Shown here piece by piece: positions 36,791-44,037 of a DNA stretch of 64,000 nt; within the stretch, counting starts at the first letter, position 1, and every line of letters starts with the position of its first letter. The position numbers were made by a program, and so were the translations under genes. The stretch lies in the sequence record MN047793.1. The stretch is one strand, 5' to 3'. The notes under the pieces are model-generated. The model was not told where the DNA came from. It did no database searches and saw only the letters and a list, made by a program, of their open reading frames with translations.

Positions 36791-36866
36791 GGCCTTGTAG
36801 CTCAGCGGTCAGAGCAGGAGCCTCTAAAACTCTAGGTCGTGGGTTCGATCCCCACCAAGGCCACCA
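36791..36866 (+). tRNA. tRNA with CTA anticodon (amber suppressor-type), Lys-like body
   Basis: GGCCTTG/CAAGGCC-A-CCA; arm GGAGC-CTCTAAA-ACTCT; T arm like the neighbouring Lys(TTT). Confidence 0.85.
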
Positions 36867-36884
36867 AATTACAGGTACCCCAAC

Positions 36885-37508
36885 ATGCCTATAGGTAATA
36901 GCAAAGTAATGGTTACCAAGCATGTTATGGAACGGATTCAACAACGCTTCCCTAATTTGTTTGGAAAGTATTTCGGCAACGAAACCATGTTGCGAAATCT
37001 GATCATTGCTCAGGTTTCGACTGGTGAACGCTTAGAAGACTGGAAGCGGGTTCCATTTTATAAAAACAAAATGGATACCGAATATGGTCCAGGCACTGAG
37101 ATTGTTCGTAAGTCTGGTGTCTACTATCTGTGTCAGCTAACCGATAACAGTAAGTACCTTCGGGTGTTGACAGCAGTTCCAGGGACGCTCTATTACCCTA
37201 GAGCTGACTCCATTGCGGTCGGTACGAAGGGTGGAGCTAGATACTTCAATGTGAATGAGTACATTAACCGGTTGCATGGTGAGGCTCTAAAAGAGTATCG
37301 AATCCGTAGCAATGGGGTTAATCCCGCTCAGAAGCATGCTGGACACTCTTCATCGGCGGAATTTGCTCAAGTAAATGCACTAAAGCAGTCACTTAGACAA
37401 AATATCTACAACTCGCGGAAGAAAATGCTAAAGAATCCGCGTGATGTAGTAGGGCGATTGAAGCACGAAGAAAAATCGCCAAATTGCAAAAACAGCTTGA
37501 CGAATTAG
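36885..37508 (+). CDS. Hypothetical protein
   Basis: 207-aa ORF; N-terminal TKHVMERI.QRF resembles RelE-like folds (weak). Confidence 0.6.
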   Translation: MPIGNSKVMVTKHVMERIQQRFPNLFGKYFGNETMLRNLIIAQVSTGERLEDWKRVPFYKNKMDTEYGPGTEIVRKSGVYYLCQLTDNSKYLRVLTAVPGTLYYPRADSIAVGTKGGARYFNVNEYINRLHGEALKEYRIRSNGVNPAQKHAGHSSSAEFAQVNALKQSLRQNIYNSRKKMLKNPRDVVGRLKHEEKSPNCKNSLTN

Positions 37509-37534
37509 AAAAAAGTGGTAAATTATAGATGTAC

Positions 37535-37631
37535 GGGGAGTAAGCACATTGGTTATGGGCATCGACTGAGGAGGGAGTGAAACCTAACTCCGGCGAAGGT
37601 AGTGAGGTTCGATTCCTCATACTCTCCACCA
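37535..37631 (+). ncRNA. tRNA-like RNA with expanded anticodon domain
   Basis: GGGGAGT/ACTCTCC-A-CCA, T arm TGAGG-TTCGATT-CCTCA, internal GGAG/CTCC hairpin; own sigma70 promoter. Confidence 0.7.
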
Positions 37632-37666
37632 ATTAACGATCTTATTTAACACATTAGAGCGTACTA

Positions 37667-37978
37667 ATGAACGAAGTCCTCCAGAAAATGTTCCCCACCG
37701 GTGTCCTTAATGGACATGGTACCGAAGTGAATGGACTGAACGCTGGTGTGATTCCGCAAGGGGTCATCCTGAAACAGGCCCAGAGTAGTTTTGACAAATA
37801 TAACCGCAGGGAATGGTTTCTTGTGGAATCTGATGGATACACAGCATTACTGCGGGTATGCACTGCTAGTAAGGGTGCAGGTTATGATGAATTCGCGGTC
37901 ATTCGCGGTATTGTGCCTAGCAGTGATGCAACGCAAGTGGCTGAATTTCACAGGTTCTTTGAACAACAGACTAGCTAA
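37667..37978 (+). CDS. Hypothetical protein
   Basis: 103-aa ORF. Confidence 0.65.
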   Translation: MNEVLQKMFPTGVLNGHGTEVNGLNAGVIPQGVILKQAQSSFDKYNRREWFLVESDGYTALLRVCTASKGAGYDEFAVIRGIVPSSDATQVAEFHRFFEQQTS

Positions 37979-38081
37979 AAAGTAGTTGACAATTTGAAGA
38001 AACGTGGTAAAGTAGTTACATGAGGTGACGGCATCGAGGCCACTCACCAGTTCTTTTACAATTTGAGCGGTAATGAACGAA

Positions 38082-38296
38082 AGTTCATATATGGGAGCGG
38101 CTTCGGTAGGTTCGAATGCCAATCCATCGGATGTTGTCATGGTGAACGGCGTAAGCCCTATCCACTAGCTAGGAAAAAATGGCAGCAAGTTGAGATAACG
38201 CCACTAGCCCGGTATCTCTCTATTCACTATCAGGACTGTGTGCACGCTAATGTCCGGCGAATCCGAAAGCCAGAGGCCAATCCCATATATGATCTT
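38082..38296 (+). ncRNA. Multi-branched structured RNA cassette
   Basis: Perfect 12-bp closing helix TCATATATGGGA(38085-96)/TCCCATATATGA(38281-92); GNRA and T-loop-like hairpins inside. Confidence 0.65.
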
Positions 38297-38348
38297 AACA
38301 ACCACAAGAGGGCAATGAGTAATCATCCTGGCGGGGTTGTTGTGTTTA

Positions 38349-38472
38349 CGGCAGGTAAGCAAGGGGCCAAAGCTGGGCGCTTAAGGTGTAGATACTTGAA
38401 AAGGTATCAGAGATGGTAGAGTCTCCCACAAGCACCTCTAATTCGTAGGTTCGAATCCTACCCTGACGACCA
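38349..38472 (+). ncRNA. 124-nt tRNA-like RNA with a two-hairpin insert in the anticodon arm
   Basis: CGGCAGG/CCTGACG-A-CCA; Tyr-like D arm; T arm GTAGG-TTCGAAT-CCTAC. Confidence 0.7.
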
Positions 38473-38479
38473 AGTTAGT

Positions 38480-38563
38480 ATACACATTTGCTAGAAGGTG
38501 AGCCTTCGAAGTAAGCTAAGTAAGAAATACCGGAGAAAGCCCGAGCTTACAGCAGATGTGTAT
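38480..38563 (+). ncRNA. Stem-closed structured RNA cassette
   Basis: 13-bp helix ATACACATTTGCT/AGCAGATGTGTAT with inner GAAGG/CCTTC and GTAAGCT/AGCTTAC stems. Confidence 0.55.
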
Positions 38564-38669
38564 CTAAAAACGTAGGAATACTGCCCAAAGCCGGTTCCTA
38601 TTGTCTGGAATGCGATAAAAAATTGCCGAGCTAGCGTTTCTAGCCCATGTCCAGACACCCTTTTTAAAT

Positions 38670-38819
38670 ATTTTGGTGGCGAAAGTGGTATACGCGGGGG
38701 CCAAGGCCAATATGATGTGGGGAGCTAAACATTCTCCATGCTGCTCATGGCCGAAAACTGCTGTCTTAGACGTTGCAGCTATACGTGACGACATGTGGGT
38801 TCGACTCCCACCCAAAATA
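38670..38819 (+). ncRNA. 150-nt tRNA-like RNA (Leu-type D arm, ~100-nt insert, no encoded CCA)
   Basis: ATTTTGG/CCAAAAT; TGGCGAAAGTGGTATACGC; GTGGG-TTCGACT-CCCAC. Confidence 0.65.
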
Positions 38820-38894
38820 CTATATAAGTTATACTGTGACTTTCTACGGTAGAGTACTTGGAAACAAGCTCCGAATGTAGACACAGTTGCAATA

Positions 38895-38998
38895 TCAAAA
38901 ATACTCACGTATTTGGCACAGGAAAACCAGACGGAGTAATCGGTCGCTTATTTTCTCGGGTGCGTCCCCAGGATTTAGAGTGGTTAGAGTATTTTTGA
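38895..38998 (+). ncRNA. Stem-closed structured RNA cassette
   Basis: Perfect 12-bp IR TCAAAAATACTC/GAGTATTTTTGA. Confidence 0.5.
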
Positions 38999-39002
38999 AC
39001 AA

Positions 39003-39083
39003 TATGACTGTAGAGGGATTCGTCCCTCAGATGTTGAAATGAAGGACAGGAACACGGGAGTTCGATTCTCCCCAGGTCCACCA
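39003..39083 (+). ncRNA. ssrA: tmRNA acceptor piece (3' part of a permuted ssrA; 5' boundary approximate)
   Basis: GGGAG-TTCGATT-CTCCC T arm, CAGGTCC-A-CCA; pairs with GGGCCTG at 39231 giving G3:U70. Confidence 0.85.
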
Positions 39084-39230
39084 AAAATATATTACCCTAC
39101 CCAAGGGGTTGTCAGCAGGGTTGGAAGGACTGACACATGCAAAAACTATTCAGCCGTTGTAATGGCGTGTTGTTGGGAAGGTTCAAAATCCCGGTATAAA
39201 TGAATAGCGAATCCGTAATGTATTTTTGAT

Positions 39231-39410
39231 GGGCCTGCACTGGTTTCGACTCTTGGAGATAATGGAGATTGACAGTTGGTCACACAAGACTTTAAAATGA
39301 AGACAGAGAAGTCTCTAATCACAAAGAATTAAACGACAACGTTGATTCATTCGATTTCGCCATGGCGGCCTAATCCCAAGCACATCTAGCACTTGGTCAC
39401 CCGACGCTAG
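39231..39410 (+). ncRNA. ssrA: tmRNA coding piece (5' acceptor strand plus tag ORF; 3' boundary approximate)
   Basis: GGGCCTGcaCTGGTTTCGAC start; tag reading frame ...NDNVDSFDFAMAA* at 39332-39373. Confidence 0.88.
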
Positions 39411-39432
39411 AGCAATATGTAGTCTCGACTGC

Positions 39433-39534
39433 ATATTGTCCTACAATCTTGTGATATGTGTGGCTTCGTCTCCATACTCATAATCATGAATGTTATTCGG
39501 CCATGTCGATGTGGCTTAGATTGTAGGACAATAT
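39433..39534 (+). ncRNA. Stem-closed RNA cassette
   Basis: Perfect 17-bp IR ATATTGTCCTACAATCT/AGATTGTAGGACAATAT. Confidence 0.55.
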
Positions 39535-39542
39535 ACAGTTTT

Positions 39543-39686
39543 AGAGTGTATATTAAAGCCAAAGTTGCTATTAAATCTCGATAACTGGTTTAGGTCTTGC
39601 TCACCTTCCAGATAAACGAGAGCCTTGAGCGAGAAGGAATGAGGGGACGGCAGTCGCCCTCCAATGGAGGCTTTAATATACATTTT
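39543..39686 (+). ncRNA. Stem-closed RNA cassette
   Basis: 15-bp helix GTGTATATTAAAGCC(39546-60)/GGCTTTAATATACAT(39669-83). Confidence 0.55.
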
Positions 39687-39688
39687 AT

Positions 39689-39768
39689 GCGATAGTAGAT
39701 GTAAGCCAAGAATGGTAATGGTGGGGCTGTAGGGCTACGCATGCATGGTTCGAATCCATGCCATCGTC
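39689..39768 (+). pseudogene. Degenerate tRNA-like element
   Basis: GCGATAG/CCATCGT acceptor, CATGG-TTCGAAT-CCATG T arm, no clear anticodon arm or CCA. Confidence 0.4.
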
Positions 39769-39890
39769 AATCTATCGAAGTCAGAGCGGTCATTATGGCA
39801 CTCATATTTGATTTGAGTAAACGGCGTAAATGGTCTAACGGGACCTAGCTCTGGCGGTACTATTCTAGGAGAAGTGATATGGGTTGTGGA

Positions 39891-40160
39891 ATGAGTGCAG
39901 TACGTGATGATCAAGACGAATTAGCCGATATTTTAAAGCAATTTCGTCTCAATAATCATCCTGAATTTGGTAACATTGACGTTTATTCACATGAAGCACG
40001 ACTATTAAAGTCGTTAAGTCGTGATGTAACAGTAACGACAGAACAAGCAATTGAAAAGCTAGTGTGGGATAAGCATGAACGTGCAGCTAAGGCCGCGTTC
40101 GCCAAGGAAATGGAAGAGCGTAAGACTCTTGCCGAACTCCGTACTAAATACGGTAGTTAA
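39891..40160 (+). CDS. Hypothetical protein
   Basis: 89-aa ORF. Confidence 0.55.
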   Translation: MSAVRDDQDELADILKQFRLNNHPEFGNIDVYSHEARLLKSLSRDVTVTTEQAIEKLVWDKHERAAKAAFAKEMEERKTLAELRTKYGS

Positions 40161-40168
40161 AAGTTTAT

Positions 40169-40243
40169 GCGAGCTTAACTCAGTGGTAGAGTGTCAGCCT
40201 TCCAAGCTGTTCGTCATCGGTTCGAATCCGATAGTTCGCTCCA
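40169..40243 (+). tRNA. tRNA-Gly(TCC)
   Basis: Loop CTTCCAA, U73, CCA. Confidence 0.93.
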
Positions 40244-40247
40244 CATT

Positions 40248-40884
40248 TTGATGGGTGGTCGGTAGCTCTACAAGGCCCTATTATTACTCCATATCTTTAG
40301 CGAAAGTGCACGCCCGGAATTAACTGGGTCTGCGGTATGCAGAGGGAGATTGATTATTATCTACACATGACCCATCAATTTTTAATTGGATAGAGTGCAG
40401 TTAGCCGGTATCATTGGAAATATCCAAGCATCGCAAAGTGACAATGCCGATGATATCCTGATGCACATAATCCATACTAATACTGATGCGATAAAGTGTA
40501 AGTGGCTACATACAAGGCTCATAACCTTGAGTGCCGGTTCGACTCCGGAATTCGCTACCAAATTGTAAACATCATGCAAAATGTGTAAAAATAGTGATCA
40601 CTGATCGGCTAGTGAAACAGATTAGGATGTTGTTTACAACCAAATACCATCAGGTCAAAAGTTAACGACTAGTATTAACGAGTATGTGTAAGAACATATA
40701 CCTATGGTACCCAAATCAAAGCATGTGATTCATGCCCCGCCACATGGGAAGCGTGGCTCTGCTCTATCATTGCAAACTGTATATGATATGCGTTTTGATG
40801 GTTTCAAGTAAACCATTGGTGCTAAGCCGGTTTTGGGAGTCATTTTCTGCACCCGATAAAGAAAACTCCACATGGTCTGGTATT
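40248..40884 (+). ncRNA. Second block of stem-closed structured RNA cassettes
   Basis: Closing helices 40248-56/40370-78, 40563-70/40632-39, 40643-49/40878-84; T-loop+ACCA end at 40533-40560; no credible ORF. Confidence 0.5.
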
Positions 40885-40940
40885 GACAAATGCTTATACT
40901 GATGATAAAGTATTGGCTACTAAATTTCTAGGACATCTTT

Positions 40941-41204
40941 ATGAATATTCAAGCACGTGTTGTAAGTACGCACCAAGGCCATAAAGGTGATGGACAGCAA
41001 ATCCTCGACGCAGGACTCAATATCAATGACATCGTGGATGTTGATAAAATTGATATGGGTGGCTCCTATACCACAATCACTCTGAAAGGCCATAAGGGCT
41101 ATTTCAATAGTGTGAACTTCGAATTTTTGGAAAATGGTAAGATGCTGGATATCTACCAAGATAAGCGCTTCTTTTCTAACGATTATTTTATTAGTTCACA
41201 ATAA
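40941..41204 (+). CDS. Hypothetical protein
   Basis: AGGA RBS, promoter upstream. Confidence 0.65.
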   Translation: MNIQARVVSTHQGHKGDGQQILDAGLNINDIVDVDKIDMGGSYTTITLKGHKGYFNSVNFEFLENGKMLDIYQDKRFFSNDYFISSQ

Positions 41205-41839
41205 TTATATGTGAGGTAGTTGTTGGCTTTCATGAGGCCAGCCAAACCTTAAATGGTTGCTTCACCCCCAATTCGTAATAACATAGGAATTCAACATGAT
41301 GTATGAAGGCGGTCCCGTCTATCCTGAGATGACCAGCATCCCTAAAGACCACTTGGACCAACTCAAAAAGGTATTGAAGTGGGTCAAGGACAATCCAGGG
41401 ATTCATCCGGAAAATATCAAAACCGAATTGCGTAATTTGGAAAAACTTTTCGGAGTGTAATAAATAGAAATTCATAGAGGAGTACATTATGAAAAATCTA
41501 AGCGATAAAGATACAATGGTAGATACTGCGGTAGGTGAAGGCATTGCTTGCGAAGAGATTCGTAAGGTAGAACCAGATTGGACAATTAGCCAAGATAAGC
41601 AAGGCTAGTAAGTAAACTGCGACTATTTGTCGAACTGCTCCGGTGGAGTGGGCTTATGTAGGGCCAAAGTGTGCAGGGAGTTCCCCTAGTATCTCATTGC
41701 AACGACGTTACATAAGTTATGGACTAGGAATACCTCACGTTCTCAATTAGTAGTCTGACGAACGGTTGATTAATGACTATTCAAAGTGCCTTGTGGTAAA
41801 AAACTTTCGGTGATGAAAAGGCTATAACCGAACATATTT

Positions 41840-41924
41840 GGGCTGGTGGCGGAATTGGTAGACGCGCCAGATTTAGGTTCTGGTACCGAAAGGTGTGAGG
41901 GTTCGATTCCCTCCTAGCCCACCA
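41840..41924 (+). tRNA. tRNA-Leu(TAG)
   Basis: Type II, loop TTTAGGT. Confidence 0.95.
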
Positions 41925-42117
41925 ATAGATGATGGCGAACGATGTAAGGGCATCAAGTAGTCTAGCGAAGTGTATTCTAGTTGGAGCACAATAGCGAAGT
42001 GGCCTCGGAACACATGGGGAGAGACTAGATAGGCCGCATCCTAACTGCGTATGGTAATTCATATGAGAGTATTGAACACTGAAATAGCCGTTCGCGGTCC
42101 CCACTCTCACTAATTTT

Positions 42118-42192
42118 GGACCCTTCGTCTACTGGCTAGGATAGGAGCCTTTCAAGCTCTTGAAAGGGGATCGAAACCCCTAGGGTCTACCA
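42118..42192 (+). tRNA. tRNA-Glu(TTC)
   Basis: Loop CTTTCAA, CCA. Confidence 0.9.
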
Positions 42193-42254
42193 ACAATACT
42201 TGACAGATACGATTTGTTCGTATAAGATATCTATCAAGTAATCAAACATGTACC

Positions 42255-42301
42255 AGTGAGCAAGATTTCGCGGGTTATAGCTCACTCGGATGTAAACCCG
42301 C
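42255..42301 (+). ncRNA. H-type pseudoknot RNA element
   Basis: P1 AGTGAGC/GCTCACT, P2 GCGGGTT/AACCCGC interleaved. Confidence 0.6.
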
Positions 42302-42588
42302 CAATTTTTAAGTCTAGAGACCTTTGTGCAGACGGCCATTAAAGTGGGCTATGCATAGAATCGACAAAATTGCAATGATGCTACTCATTGTGGACAAAGC
42401 GATTGCTCTCGTAGCAGAGAGAACGGGTAGAAAAGTGAAGTTGGCCTGAATGCGGTTTGCTAGTATGGTTCGGAAACGCCGAAAGGGTTTGCCCAAGAAG
42501 ACAACACTGACTAACCAAGGTACTGTAGATTTTATTTGACAACTCCTGTGTTCTGATCTATAATTTAGAAAATCAAACGAGAACACCC

Positions 42589-43299
42589 ATGCTTATCAAG
42601 AATATTTCCCCAACTACTCTCATCACCAGTGGTGTTGGTGTTGCAGTGTCTTGGGTTATTGGTCTTATGACCGTTTCTGTTCTCTTCGTAGTGTTCAGCT
42701 ATCTCAACGATGCTCGGAACAATTACAACGCTGTCAAGCAACTGGATATTGTGTCTGTTGGCCGAATCCATACCTTCAGTGGTATTACGTCTAAGAATGG
42801 CTCCAACATTGTCCACCATGATTGTGTAGCTGTTGAAGTAAACAACGACGTTATGATGCGCGATAAGAGCGCTCCGTCCGGGTCAAGTGCTTATTGTAAT
42901 AATCTATTCATTGAATATCTTCCTAACTGGAAGTTGCTGGCTAGTCCGGATTCGATGAAGATTATTGAACGGTCGTTCTGGTCGGTGGCTATCTGTGTGG
43001 TCGTCATTGCTGGCTTCTATCTTGCTTTGCGTATTCCTGCAATCCTCATCTGCTGTGTCGTTAAGCCGTTGATGCCTTATTACAATTTGGTTACGTTTGT
43101 CTTCCTGCTTCCTGTGTTCTATGTCCTGGCTTTGTTCCTCAGTAGTGCATGGGAGTATCATCCTAAGCTCTGGGTGACGCCTGACGGCCGTGGCGTGAGT
43201 ACTGAAGCCATCTACGTCACTAAGGACGGAAGCCTCTACAATCGCCCGGAATCGTCCTTTGAGTGGACTCAGGCAAAAGCAGGTAAGCCGATTCGATGA
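42589..43299 (+). CDS. Multi-pass membrane protein
   Basis: One N-terminal and two C-terminal TM segments. Confidence 0.75.
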   Translation: MLIKNISPTTLITSGVGVAVSWVIGLMTVSVLFVVFSYLNDARNNYNAVKQLDIVSVGRIHTFSGITSKNGSNIVHHDCVAVEVNNDVMMRDKSAPSGSSAYCNNLFIEYLPNWKLLASPDSMKIIERSFWSVAICVVVIAGFYLALRIPAILICCVVKPLMPYYNLVTFVFLLPVFYVLALFLSSAWEYHPKLWVTPDGRGVSTEAIYVTKDGSLYNRPESSFEWTQAKAGKPIR

Positions 43300-43715
43300 G
43301 TACTGAGTTCCTTTCCGTACCGAGTCGTCGTGAAGAACGGTTTTTCAAGCGAGCACGTGAAATTAGTCTCAAGTCTGACCATACCAAATGTAAGATTGGT
43401 GCTGTCATTGTTTTGGGCAATTATGTGGTGTCATCTGGCGTAAATCGGATGAAAAGCCACACAATTCAGGCAAGATATGACAAGAAAATGAACTATTATG
43501 GCCTTTTTCAGCGTTTGCACTCTGAAATTGATGCCCTGATTAGTAGTTCTAGGGTTGATTTGGGTGATGCAGAGATTTATGTGTACCGCGAATCTAGCCT
43601 TGGACAGATTGGCAACTGTAGGCCTTGTGTCAGCTGTACACAGGCCATTAGGGATGCTGGTATCCGTCATGTGTTCTATACCTTGCCCGAAGGGTTTGCA
43701 TACGAACATTGGTGA
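43296..43715 (+). CDS. Cytidine/deoxycytidylate deaminase-family protein
   Basis: IGAVIV..SGVN, HSEIDAL, PCVSC zinc motifs. Confidence 0.85.
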   Translation: MSTEFLSVPSRREERFFKRAREISLKSDHTKCKIGAVIVLGNYVVSSGVNRMKSHTIQARYDKKMNYYGLFQRLHSEIDALISSSRVDLGDAEIYVYRESSLGQIGNCRPCVSCTQAIRDAGIRHVFYTLPEGFAYEHW

Positions 43716-43812
43716 TTGACATTGTGGCAACTAGTTGCTATTATAGATTCATAGTCACTGACTAGATACATGAATAAACAGCAATACTAAATAGATTCAC
43801 AATTAAACTCAT

Positions 43813-43889
43813 CCGGGTTTAGCGCAGTCTGGTAGCGCGTCTGCTTTGGGAGCAGAGGGTCGCAGGTTCGAATCCTGCAATCCGGACCA
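43813..43889 (+). tRNA. tRNA-Pro(TGG)
   Basis: Loop TTTGGGA. Confidence 0.95.
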
Positions 43890-43932
43890 AATTCAAAAGT
43901 GAGCCACTACTTAATGTGGCCCTAAAATATAC

Positions 43933-44009
43933 GCCGGTATAGCTCAGCCCGGTAGAGCAACCGCCTTGTAAGCGGTAGGTCCACAGTTCGAATCTGTGTG
44001 CCGGCACCA
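43933..44009 (+). tRNA. tRNA-Thr(TGT)
   Basis: Loop CTTGTAA. Confidence 0.95.
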
Positions 44010-44037
44010 AATAACACACCTTAATAAGGTATAACTC

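Noticed and set aside
36791-36866. Genome-wide TAG reassignment (code 15)
   Set aside because: Long conserved genes are intact in code 11, and TAG is used as a stop followed by a new RBS (11376).
38082-38296. RNase P RNA or group I intron
   Set aside because: It lacks GAGGAAAGUCC and the P4/P7 signature sequences, and the tRNA inserts are far too short for group I introns.
38063-38908. ORF-track proteins at 38063-38419 and 38564-38908
   Set aside because: No RBS, unusual starts, and they overlap tRNA-like and helix-closed RNA elements.
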